From the NCBI RefSeq assembly GCF_006345805.1, contig NC_042997.1:185318001-185382000 (forward strand): a stretch of DNA of 64,000 bases, read 5' to 3'. This stretch comes from Octopus sinensis. Taxonomy: Eukaryota. A model generated the notes under the pieces. The model made no database searches. It was not told where the DNA came from and saw only the letters and a list, made by a program, of their open reading frames with translations. The position numbers and the translations under genes were made by a program. Below, piece by piece: positions 42,126 through 54,322 of this stretch (position 1 is the stretch's first letter; every line of letters begins with the position of its first letter).

Positions 42126-42677
42126 ACGATAATATTAATAATTACAATGATAATAATTCTTTGTTAATGACCCACAAGGTCAGCAAAATTCGTTTAGGGC
42201 AAATCGAAAGCAAAGGCCTGTGGAAACAATAATTTTAGGTGTTTTCGCTCAATAAATACACACAATGCCCGGTCTGGGAATCGAAACTGCGATCCTCCGA
42301 TCCTCCGACCGCGAGTCCGCCGCCGTAACCTGTGGAAACAAGCAATTACAATATAAAGATAGTTCTAAGAAACAAATTCCCCCAACAGTGGGAAACGTCA
42401 AGAAGAGGTTACTAAGGAATTCCCACAGATCCCCATCACCTTCATTGGATGTAGGCTAGCATGCCGAAACTTGGAAGACACTGTCACCACTCTTCTTAGA
42501 CAAGTACGATGAAGTAATACATATATATTTTACTAAAAGTATAGAGTAATCCTTCAGTTTCGAGTAAAATTGTCTATAACATAACTCGACATTAAAACAA
42601 TCCTTTACAAACACACATATATACACACATATACACACGTATATTAGGAATATATTCTATCTGTAATATCTTCTTCT

Positions 42678-42983
42678 CGCCCTTTTCAAGCCTAGCCAGG
42701 CTCATGGACCCGGTTTCTCGGTTTCTGTGGCGTATGTGCCCCCCTCCCAGCTGGACGGGACGCCAGTTCATCGCAGCGTTACTCAAGAAACAGGGAGAGT
42801 GTGAGAGAAAGTTGTGGCGAAAGAGTACAACAGGGGTCGCCACCCCCACCCCCTGCCGGAGCCTCGTGGAGCTTTTAGGTGTTTTCGCTAAACAAACACA
42901 CACAACGCTCGGTCTGGGAATCGAAACCGCCATCCTCCGACCGCGAGTCCACTGCCCTAACCAATTGGCCATTGCGCCTCCAC
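42678..42983 (-). mobile_element. Full-length SINE, family C variant
   Basis: Minus strand GGAGGCGCAATGGCCAATTGGTTAGGG A-box, GGTTTCGATTCCC B-box, CTGCGATGAACTGGCGTCCCGTCCAG V-like domain; partial head also at ~42235-42330. Confidence 0.85.
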
Positions 42984-44707
42984 CTGTAATATACGTCATC
43001 AAAACCACAATGCGTTGAAGTATTTCAACCTGTATAAAATATTTCTATCGATAAAATTTTCGAATTTATCATCCGTTACGTTCAGAGAACTACACTCATA
43101 CTTCTTACATAATATTTCTTATAGAAGTATCCAGTCTTTTAAAGTAAATTACCTAAATAGCCAACTGTACGATTCGTTTGATATCAGGCTGTAGTAGTTT
43201 CATATCGCTTGCAGTGTGATTATTCTTCGGAAAGATAGGAATATCAAGCATCACATTTCCTTCCTTTCGAACGTTGGACAAATATGACAAAAAAATTGAT
43301 GCATATTAAAATTATTGAACGGGATATATACATATTTCCAACAATACTCGTTTATTATCTAGTGACAAAACTACAAATGTACAGAGGTGGATGCGAATCT
43401 TGTGTATCTTGTATTCTATTGCCAAGGCTTTAGTTACATATGCATTAGTTTACTTCAACCGGAAATTAATTGCTTATAGCGAACATCGCTGGGAGTTTAA
43501 CGATTGCTAAGACTACATGCCATTTTATTTTACTCGCACAATGAGAATGGAATAATCGGCACGAAATCTTATTCTCTTTCTTTAAATCTATATAAAAAGA
43601 AACTAATCCTTCAAATTACTCTATATGAAAGAAGATTGCTCGCAGGTTCAGAACGAATGCAGAAATACTTCTTTAAAATAAAATTATCGAAAAGTAGCCA
43701 TATTGGAAATTCTCCTTTCATTTTATCTTTTCTTTTTTGCACATCTCTGTCATGATTGCATTTTTATTACAAGATATTTCATAAACGCTTATTCCTCCAA
43801 GCAGTAAAGAATTCCGCTGAATAAACATACCTGCTCTCTGTATGAAAATCGATATTATTCTATGAATTTTATCACTGTCGAGGAAAGTAAAATATCACGG
43901 ACTTCTTTCATTTTTTTTACTTAGACTTTATTTTCATTTTCCCATTGCTTTCACATTATTATTTATCACCTTTATTATTCCTGGTTTGAGAAATACTTCA
44001 AGAGAATCTTTTCTTAAGGCATGAATTAATTACATCTTAGAAAACATGGACAAAAGTGTTGAAGATTAAGAAATTTTTCAAGGCTAACGAAAATGTTCAT
44101 TGTTAAGAAAAATGTTCAACATCAATAAAAGTGCTATATATTAAAATGTACTGTTGTAGAATTCCCTTACAATATTTATAGGTCCTAGTATTGGCATTTT
44201 CTGGAACGTATTTATCCTTACAAATTCTTTTTAGAAGCGATTATTCCAGTTGTGCAAGTTTCAATTGGAAGAGATACATTCGGCAACTGCCGTAGTTTTT
44301 AAAATTCAACAGTTAAATGTTCTTTTTTTGATAACACATTATTTAGTCGTGCACAATATCGTAGTCACTTTGTAGTAATGTCGACAATTAGCACGCTACT
44401 GTCTTTCTCGTAATGAAACATGATGTTGTTATGAGTTACCTGGTGATCTATTTGGTACAATTTCATAGAATTTTCCTTATGACATGTAAGCAGAAATTCG
44501 TAAGGGTATTATAAAGCATTTGAAATTCGGTTCCGAGACGTATAAAGAGAAATTTTTCCAGGTTACTATATCTACAAGTTGTTTTGATAGAGCTAGTGTA
44601 ACTCGCACTTATACAATATCGTGTCTTGTTTCAAAAATATATCACACTGTGATATTTATAATTTTATCATCTATGCTTAATATACAATAAATATTTCTTT
44701 ACATGTG

Positions 44708-45040
44708 AACGCGCATGACTCAGTGGTAAGAGCGTCGAGCTTACTATCGTGAGGTTGTGAGATCGAATCTCGGACCGGGCTGCGTGTTGTGTTCTTGAGC
44801 AAGACACTTTATTTCACGTTGCTCCAGTTCATTCACCTGTAGAAATTAGTTGCGACGTCACAGGTGCCAAGTTGTATCTGCTGTTGCCTTTCCCTTGGAT
44901 AACATCGGTGGCGTGGAGAGGGGAAGCTGGTATGCATGGGCGACTGCTGGTCTTCTATAAACAACCTTGCCCGGACTTGTGCCTGGGAGGATAACTTTTT
45001 AGGTGCAATCCCACGGTTAGTCATCACCGAAAGGGGTCTC
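44708..45040 (+). mobile_element. Full-length SINE family D
   Basis: GCGCATGACTCAGTGGTAAGAGCG A-box, GAGATCGAATCTC B-box-like, CORE-like TTGAGCAAGACACTT, distinct 3' body shared with 15854-16110. Confidence 0.85.
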
Positions 45041-46477
45041 AATTTTTTTACATATATTTGTTGTGATAGACCTCTCTGCTATCACAAACTCCTCGTGTCT
45101 CATTCTAGCCAGATTTCTTCGTTTGTCTAGGTATGATTTTTATATTTATATTCGTGGAGTCCGGCACGCAAATGTATTCACTGTGCAAAGGCAGGCCTTA
45201 ATTAATGGTTATTCATCATGGTTTACTTGCACACCATCATTTCTTCTGCTTTATTGGTGCTGTTTTATGCTTTTCCAATAATATGCGAACGTTATTACTG
45301 TGGTAATAACCGAGTTATAACTTATTGTTCCATGACAATCCAGAGAAACCAGTAGCAGATATTCTTGTAAGTTGGAAAGTAGTGCACAACATAAAAGTAT
45401 AGCTAAAAACTGATCATTGACTACCAGTAACCCATTACATCTTTCTCTTCTTTATTGTAAACTTATGTGGGTTTCGCCATTTGCTGAGTCCATATTCCAC
45501 TGGGTTCAGCTTTGTCTTTATTCCTCTGGGGTCTCTAGAAGACGATTTGGTTGCTATTTCTAGCTGGTCACCCGACCACATAGAAGCTCTCGCTTTAGCC
45601 TCTCCTCAGAAATGTTGTCTCCATATGTAATATAAACAGAATGATATACGATAGAAAAAAGAAACAAAACAGAAATGACAAGTAGAATATATCGTTAAAA
45701 GCTGTTAGGCTTCTGTCAGTATGAAAAAGCCATTTATCAACATTAAGTCAATAGTTACAGCCCTTATCAATATCTTACCGACGCTTATCGTACGATGTTT
45801 GCTGGGCGAGGTTAGGTCAGCGTTGTGTTCTGATGCTCTGGGGTTCCGAGGTCCACTAAATCTATATACACGTTTTAGACACCTAACGGCGACGTTTATC
45901 AGTTATGGCGGAAGCTACGGGATAAGATGGCCTCTTATTCGGTCCGGGGTGTCACTTATTTCATCAGCCGCTTCTCCTTATCGTACGATGTCAAAGTATT
46001 GTCTATTGTATCTTTACACGTGTTGAACAAGGTAATAATCAAGCGATATCATGATTCGTCTTCCTCATATATTACACTCGTGTACACACAAACAGAATCT
46101 CACTCACACACACACACACACACACAAACAAACGTTTGCGTGTGTGTGTGTGTTTCCATGTTGGTGTATGCGTGTGCATGTGTTCAGATATAAAAGAGGC
46201 GAAGAAAGGGTGTGGGAGAAAGGGAGAGACAAGTGTCGAAGGTCATTAAACAAAACAAATAAATAATCTATACCTGCTGTAGAGTAACATTATTTGAGTT
46301 AGATATTCCTATTTCCTAAAACGGGTATAAACACAACAAAAATACATCAAAACTTCTAGAGAGGTTAAACGATTAATGTAGATGAGCAACAGGAGTTAAA
46401 ATACACACACACACACACACGCATATGCAGGCACACGCGCGCGGACACACACACACACACACAGTGTTTTACATATA

Positions 46478-47420
46478 CAAGGTGCAATGGGCAAATTGTC
46501 ACCATTTTATAATTTTAATTTCGGGCATGCGAATTGTTTGTTTTTGATTTTGTTGACTACACAGTATAGTAGGATCAGTTGGGCACCGTCTGTGAGAAAA
46601 ACAGCACCATGACGCAATTCACCCGCCCAGAAATTTCGAAATGACATACTGTACTGCTTACCATCCCGCCAGAAGCTCGAATACGAACAATTCAGAGAGT
46701 TTGGGTGTCAATCTGAGGACAGTGCAGAGGATTCAGAAAGAGTTGAATGAATCTAATGGTGATTACGAAGGTACGGCAGCTCGGAAATCTCACTCTGGTA
46801 GTTCTGTTAAGTAAAGAACTGAATTTGTTGGTGAGATCCAGCACATAATTGACAACGATCCCGCCAGGTCAATCAGGTCCATCGCCAGGGATATGGCAGA
46901 TAGTGATATGAAGACATTGGGTATTTCTCATACAAGATGATAAAAGGGCCAATTTTTATCCCAATCCATCAAGAACAAGAGGAAAGACAGCACTACGAAG
47001 CTTTTGAGCAAAATCAAGCATCCCCTCCAACCAAACATGATTTGGTTTTGTTCAGATGAGAAAAATCTCTGCCAGGATCAGATGGTGAACACACAGAACA
47101 ACCATTGGCTTTGTCCCCAAAACATGTCACATGGCCCCAGACTCGACACAGAGGCCTACATCAAGTACTTGGAGGAGGTAGGGCTACCCTGGGTCAAGAG
47201 GATGGCTACTGGAAGAGCCTATGTCTGTCAACAGGACTCTGCACTATGCCACACAAGCAAGAGAACCCAGTCATGGTTGTCAGACAATTTTTGAGATAGA
47301 ATCTGGCCACCTAACTCCCCAGACTGCAACCACATTGATTATTATGTGTGGGGAGCAGTTGAGCGAGAGATCAACAAAACTCCTTGTAAAACCAAAGATG
47401 AACTGAATGCAAGGATCGTA
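46478..47420 (+). mobile_element. Degenerate maT/DD37D-like Tc1/mariner transposon (transposase pseudogene), right end missing
   Basis: TA|CAAGGTG end, ATG at 46609, WFCSDEK, YVCQQDSALCH and WPPNSPDCNHIDYYVWG motifs across frameshifts. Confidence 0.85.
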
Positions 47421-47629
47421 TATGTACTCTTAACTTAATCCTCACGAAGGACCAGCACTACACAGCGTTTAACAAGCTGTAGCTTTAGCATTGCATGTAC
47501 TGTCCACTTTTATATCACTTTGTGTCCACCCAGATTCACTCATAAAGTATAGATCGAGTCAAAAGTAAAGAAAATATTTGTCAACGATATCATGTAGTGG
47601 GAATCCAAACTTGTGCGTTGCTACATATA

Positions 47630-47795
47630 CGAGTGGGGATGCTGAAAAGTTCCTGGCTTTAAGGGTATCGCAAAAGGTCTGGCTTGAGGCCCAATCTTCC
47701 CAGTTCTTTTACGGAGCTTCGAAAAACTGAAGGACTGTTGCAATAACTGTATGAATCTGCGAGGGGAATATGTTGAATAAAATCATAATTAACTG
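47630..47795 (+). mobile_element. Mariner-derived MITE-like remnant
   Basis: TA|CGAG.GGGGATGCTGAAAAGTTCCTGG TIR-like end joined to a transposase C-terminus C..LRGEYVE*. Confidence 0.5.
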
Positions 47796-47799
47796 ATTC

Positions 47800-48090
47800 A
47801 CCTGTAAACTGTTCGGCCGATAGTCGCAAATAAGGTAAAGGATGACTCGTCCGAGAAAATAACATTTTCCCACTGCTCTAGGGACCAATTCTGGAGTTTT
47901 TACTCCACTCTAAACGCTTTGCAACGTTTGTTTTTGAAAATTGTGGTTTTCTGATTGTAGCCCTCCCGTGAAATCTGACTTTGTGCAGCTCGCGGCGAAC
48001 GGTTTTTGTGGAAATGGGTTCTCGGGGGTGGTCATTAAGCTGTGCAGTAATTTTGGGAAATGTACTTTTGTGAGTCTGACGGTCCCTATC
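47800..48090 (-). mobile_element. Tc1 (DD34E-type) transposase fragment
   Basis: ITAQLN...ISTKTVRRELHK..FHGR...RKP...KRLEW and VIFSDESSFTLF; abuts a SINE C fragment at ~48092-48210. Confidence 0.8.
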
Positions 48091-48888
48091 CGTTGGCAAA
48101 AATGAGTAATCCTTGTGACGGACCGGCGTCCTGTCCAGGTGGGGAATATATATGCCATAGAACCCAGAAAACCGACCCTTATGAGTCGACGCGACTCGAG
48201 AAGGTAACTTTTTTTTATATACACACCGAGCAAAAACCGAGAACCCTAACCCTAACCGATCGAGCAAAAATCTTCATACCAAGTTCGTTTTGCAGAATAT
48301 TCTCACCTCTCTCCACGGAATGTGCTAATAGCTTTGACTATATGATTTATCCCCAATCGCCTGTCATCCATCAACATGTAATGAACACAGTCACTGGTTT
48401 CCACACACACACAGAGTAACACATAATTACTACGCGCCGTAAGAACTGCAGACGCTGTTTTTGAACAGGAATCATACGCCTGATGATTAGAAACCTCGAA
48501 TGGGAAATATAGGATATGTTCTATATTAAAAGAGGTATTTAATCACTCTCAAGCGATAATGTTCTCCTCAAATCTAGGTAAGGATCACTGCTAATGAGAT
48601 AATATTCAAAGCACTCAACCAGCACACCAATCCTTTTTCTTTTTGATGCTTTCTTCATCACTTTTCTTATATTTCTTCCTGTAATTATTGATGTTGATTT
48701 CATAATCGTTACTCTTTCTTTCATCTTGCGATTGTAATTTCTCTTTTCCCACTCATGTCACGACTCTCTAAATGCAAATCTACTTATATGCACACACATA
48801 TTTCTGTCTCTGTCCATACATTTATCTGAAGCTACAAATGATCCTCTCTCTGTCTGTCTCTCCCTTACTTATACATACATATTCATAC

Positions 48889-48953
<65 letters not shown>

Positions 48954-49379
48954 TTATAAATATATGCATATATACATACATATATGTACATACTACATAT
49001 ATATGTATATATACATGCATATATGGGTACAGGACATCAAAAATACGTTGAACACAATGAGAAACGAAAACAAAAACAAAATCATAGAAACGAACTTTTT
49101 TTCGAACAACGAAAAAACAAACAAACAGAAAGACGAGACATGCAACATAAAGAATATTCCCTTCTTCAGTTGTCCCTGTTTGATCTACTCCGCGTCCAAG
49201 GCAAGGACAAGACGCGACTTCATTGAAACAGTCCTTCCCACAAATCAAATTAAATAAAATTTGGGACTTTTTGCGGAGGGTGAAAGTGGTAACAAGAACA
49301 GGACAGTGAGAACAAGACAGTAAAAAACAGAACAATGCGAACAACACAGTAAAAACAAATGGTGAGGGCTGTTAAGCCA

Positions 49380-49414
<35 letters not shown>

Positions 49415-49886
49415 CATCCACGAAAATGTGAGCATACGCACACGTTTGGTTTGGTTTGGTGCACACACGATCACAAACGAGTTATATGTTTACAAGAATG
49501 GAGAGGTAAAAACTAAACTTAATTCATCCATACCTTAAACAAAATTATTTTAACAGTTACTCCAACTCATTCCTACTGCATTGTGCGAAAGCACATTTAT
49601 ATTCATGTAGGCATCTGTCTGTCTGACTGTCTGTCTGTCTATCTATGTGTGCGTGTGTGTGTAAAAATGTTGAATTAGATTCGTTCTTTAATTTGGAAGT
49701 TTCCAAAAAAGATTTCTAATATTGATTCTTCAAATTTTACTGGTAGTTAAGTGGTGTAAATTTGCGATTATGAAAATAATACTTGTTTATGATGTGTTGT
49801 GAATTTATGGTAAGAAATCCCATAAAACTCAACAACTTTGTTAAAAATGGAGAAGCGAAGATTTAAAATATGAGAACTTTCATTCA

Positions 49887-49994
49887 TGTAGACGATCGTT
49901 TCGTACACAGATATAGGAATCATGCAAATTCATGGTTGAATTGAATTAAATAAATTAACTAAAATCATCATATATCACTGTACTCTTAAGTGCA
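49887..49994 (-). ncRNA. Decayed type I hammerhead with 81-nt stem II
   Basis: Minus strand tgca CTTAAGA GTACAgtgatata...tatatctgTGTAC GAAAC GATC GTC taca; one core substitution (CTGAAGA to CTTAAGA). Confidence 0.6.
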
Positions 49995-50183
49995 AGAAGT
50001 ATAAAGAAAATTTTTACAAAGACCAAAATCTAGGAGATTAATATTTATCCTTTTGAGAAAAAGAGATGTGAGTTCAGTTAGGTATTAAGTATAACGGTTA
50101 ATTGAAAATATAAGTAAAAAAGTTTTCAGAGACGTTCCCGCTATAGATGAATAAAGAGATTAGAAATTTTAACTCCATCCGTG

Positions 50184-50300
<117 letters not shown>

Positions 50301-50474
50301 ACATATATATATATATATACATTACATAAATATATACATACATATATATATATATACATAATATATAAACATACAGATATAGATATATATACATACATAT
50401 ATAAACATACAGATATATATACAGATATATATATACACATATATATATATAAACATACAGATACATATATACAT

Positions 50475-50527
<53 letters not shown>

Positions 50528-51071
50528 GTGTGAATTAACGTGTGTGTGTTGTTAATCGCTTTTTGGTTGCAGTAATTCGTCCAAGGAAGGTCCCTTTAAA
50601 GACGCAGATTGCTAAAAACAACACAGTAGACTTCAAAGCAAGGCAAAAAGAATCACCCTGGAGGTGAGCAATATATATTTATGCGTGCGTGTACGCACGT
50701 GTGTATCTATATACGTATATCTAGATAGGAATGTATACATTTATGTACACACATGTGATTGTGAATCTGTTTGTGTATGTATGTATGTATAAAATTTTAA
50801 CTTTTATAGCATCGTGCTAATCCATGCCTTTTGCATGAAATTGAGCAAATGGAAACGGCAAAGAATACCGTCTAGTTGATTGTACATGTAACTCACAAGT
50901 TACGGCCTAATTATAAACACCGTGTCACTCTCATATTGTCTTAGAATTAAGTTAAGATGACATGTGTGAGTGCGGAGTGGACAACCACTTATGCATTAAT
51001 TCAAGAGTAGGTTATTCACTTGATCGAACAATTTAAGTCCCCATCGCCAAACGACGAAGGCCTACCACCAA

Positions 51072-51118
<47 letters not shown>

Positions 51119-51215
51119 CATACATACGTACATACATACACATTTACATATATATATATATTATATATTATAATATATATATATACATACATACATACGT
51201 GCATACATACACATT

Positions 51216-51254
<39 letters not shown>

Positions 51255-51381
51255 CATGCATACATATATACATACACACACATTTACACATATATATATA
51301 TATATATATAAATCTGAAGGCGCACTCACACACGTACATACACGTACATATGTATATGGATATATGTTTGTATATGTGTGC

Positions 51382-51412
<31 letters not shown>

Positions 51413-51526
51413 CATACATATACATACATACATATTATACATACATACATACATATACATACATATACATACATACATATACATACATATACATACATAC
51501 ATATACATACATATACATACATACAT

Positions 51527-51557
<31 letters not shown>

Positions 51558-51894
51558 CATATATACATATATATATTCGTGTACATGTCCTCATCAATCA
51601 ATCATTATGTCATCTGCTCACTCTCCTTAATTCCAACCCACACTACATTTTTTTCTATTTGTGTTTCCTTCCTTCCATCAGTTATCTAGCCATCTTCCCC
51701 ACCTTTTTTTTCTTATTTTGCTACATTTCCTCATTCTATCTCAAGAGATAATTTCTCTCATCGTTTTTCTTTTTTTTTTTTTTGCGGTTTCATTTTCACA
51801 TAAGCGTGTCTTATCTTTTTTTTCTACTCATTCCCCCATTTTTTTCCCTGACTTCAACTGTTTCTCCACCCCCCCCCAACTCTCTCTCCATCCA

Positions 51895-51929
<35 letters not shown>

Positions 51930-52389
51930 ACCCTCTCTCTCTCTCGTTGTCTTTCATCTCATATCATTTCTTATCAAACGCTCAGCTGTAGTAATAATGC
52001 CCTTTTCGCTCGAAAACTATTTCTAATAAACCGCCTGAGATTTATTGAAGTCGCTTGTTATCATTAAATGATGCCGAAGACGACAACAACAAAAACAACA
52101 TCATTACCAACAGCCGCAACATAACGTTTATACAATCAACGTCATGAGTTTTAGTGTATAACGCAGAAATATTCCATAATTACTTCTAGATGAAGTGAAT
52201 AGATTAAATGATGTAACACTTGAACGTCATACTAATTAAATATTTCTGTATGGATTATGATCGAGAAAACCTATGATTATAAGGTTTTCGGCCATGCCCA
52301 AATTGTCTGTTGTTTTGAATTTAATAGGGAACTATATTGTGCAACACGTAATTCTTTTGAAAGAAATCTGAGGAAGACTTCATAACTAT

Positions 52390-52938
52390 TTCTTATTTCT
52401 TTATTGCCCACAAGGAGCTAAACACAGAGGGGATAAACAAGGACAGACAAAGGGATTAAGTCGATTACATCGATCCCAGTGCGTAAATGGTACTTAATAT
52501 ATCGACCCCAAAAGGATGAAAGGCAAAGTCGACCTCAGCGGAATTTGAACTCAGAACGTAAATACAGACGAAATACCCATTTCTTTAATACCCACAAGGA
52601 GCTAAACACAGAGACGACAAACAATAACAGATAAACGGATTCAGTCGATTACATATACCCCAGTGCGTAACTGGTACTTATTTAATCGGCCCTGAAAGGA
52701 TGAAAGGCAAAGTCGACCTCGGCGGAATTTGAACTCATAACGTAGCGGCAGACGAAATAACTATTTCTTTACTACCCACAAGGGGCTAAACACAGAGAGG
52801 ACAAACAAGGACAGACAAACGGATTAAGTTGATTATATCGACCCCAGTGCGTAACTGGTACTTAATTTAATCGATCCCGAAAGGATGAAATGCAAAGTCG
52901 ACCTCGGCGTGCTAACGTTTCTGCCAGCTCGCCTCCTT
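52390..52938 (-). mobile_element. SINE family B trimer (three ~183-bp units)
   Basis: TTTCTTTA...CCCACAAGG.GCTAAACACAGAG recurs at ~52395, ~52580 and ~52763; head CGAGCTGGCAGAAACGTTAGCACG at the right end. Confidence 0.88.
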
Positions 52939-53586
52939 TTCAGAATTATTTCTAATACTTAAGCGGCCACGTAACAGCTTCCGTGCCAACTATCTGTATG
53001 TAATGTTTTTAGATGGCATTTACAGTTTACAGTGTCTCTCTGTTAAAGTGGAGGATGTTGTTGTGTAACAACAATTTAGCTCTGGTCAAGTAGACTTACA
53101 ATCAAAAGGATTCCTGCCGTGACTGTCCCATATTTTTTCAGTCAGGGTGTCTATAAATACATTGTTCATTGTAGTCATTTTTCAAGATTGTGGAGTAAAA
53201 TTTTAGAGAGATTTGGGATGTATTCTTTCCAAAGACGCTATGCAAAATTTACATGTAGCTAACCAGTCAGATATTATTCTAAGATGTGTAATAATTAAAA
53301 AGCAAAAATGCATGGGCAACACGTATTCTCAGAGTTACAAGTGAGAATATTAAGATAATTTTTAATCGAAGCCTAATCAAAAACTCAACATTCCGAAACT
53401 CTGTCGTTACTCCCCCAGCGTTATATATGAGAGGATGCAAACGTAATGGTTTCTAATTTAGTCCAAAAATGCTATAAAAACATGGATGACCAGAATAATC
53501 ACCGAAGGGTATATTTTCAAGTTAAGCATCTCAACAGGATGAATCCTAAATCTTTGAAAATCCTTGTTGTAGCAGTCTTTTTGCAC

Positions 53587-53849
53587 GTGGAGGCGCATGG
53601 CTTAGTGGCTAGGGTGTGGGTCTCATGATCGTAAAATTGTGGTTTTGATTCCTTAGTCGGGTAACGCGTTATGTTCTTGAGTAAGATACTTCATTTCACG
53701 TTGTTCCAGACCCCACAGCCTGCAAAAATGAGTAATCCTGCGACGGACCAGTGACCCGTCCAGGTGGGGAATATGCATATCATGGAAACCTAGAAACCAG
53801 CCCTTATGAGTCAGCATGAATCGAGAAGGTAATTTTACCTTTACCTTTT
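53587..53849 (+). mobile_element. SINE family C
   Basis: GTGGAGGCGCATGGCTTAGTGG head, CTGCGACGGACCAGTGACCCGTCCAGG V-like domain, TTTACC tail. Confidence 0.8.
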
Positions 53850-53944
53850 TAGTCGTTTCGATTAAGGTCATTTTCAAAACAACCTCCCCACCTCCTCCTG
53901 AACAACTAACAAACAAGTTCGCTTTGAAACTAATCAAATGGACT

Positions 53945-54028
53945 GACCCTGAAGAAGCTGCACTGAAGATCGTGCCAGGTTGTATCCGCAACTGCCCTTA
54001 ATCTGTGTAGTGGAAACACGTGTAGGTT
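53945..54028 (+). ncRNA. Type I hammerhead ribozyme motif with 57-nt stem II
   Basis: gacc CTGAAGA a GCTGCAC...GTGTAGT g GAAAC ACGT GTA ggtt; stem I ACC/GGT. Confidence 0.7.
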
Positions 54029-54164
54029 ATATCGACCATAAAAATATGCTGTATAAAATTGTAGAATAAGAGAAAATAAATTTGGGGGAGGAACAAGTCT
54101 CCATGTTCTATAACGTTATAAATATTGCTAAAATGTGTGTGTGCGTGTGTGAGTGTGTGAGTGT

Positions 54165-54322
54165 GACCCCAGTGCGTAAATGGTACTTAATTTATCGATC
54201 CCGAAAGGATGAAAGGCAAAGTCGACCTCAGCGGAATTTGAACTCAGAACGTAAAGACAGACGAAATACCTATTTCTTTACTATCCACAAGGGTCTAAAC
54301 ACAGAGAGGACAAACAAGGACA
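54165..54322 (-). mobile_element. SINE family B internal fragment spanning a unit junction
   Basis: GACCCCAGTGCGTAAATGG...GACGAAATACCTATTTCTTTAC...ACAAACAAGGACAG. Confidence 0.8.

Noticed and set aside
42440-42480. GGATGTAGGCTAGCATGCCGAAAC as a functional ribozyme
   Set aside because: Stem II (GGC/GCC) and GAAAC are present, but the CTGANGA box and stem III are too decayed; counted only as a possible relic
48242-48257. Telomeric (CCCTAA)n
   Set aside because: Only about 2.5 units; too short to call an interstitial telomere
49150-49205. Possible permuted (type II) hammerhead in the TA-embedded family at 49020-49380 and 31345-31490
   Set aside because: CTGAAGA is seen in one copy and GAAAC-TCGGA-GTA in the other, but no stem I can be formed; a family consensus is needed
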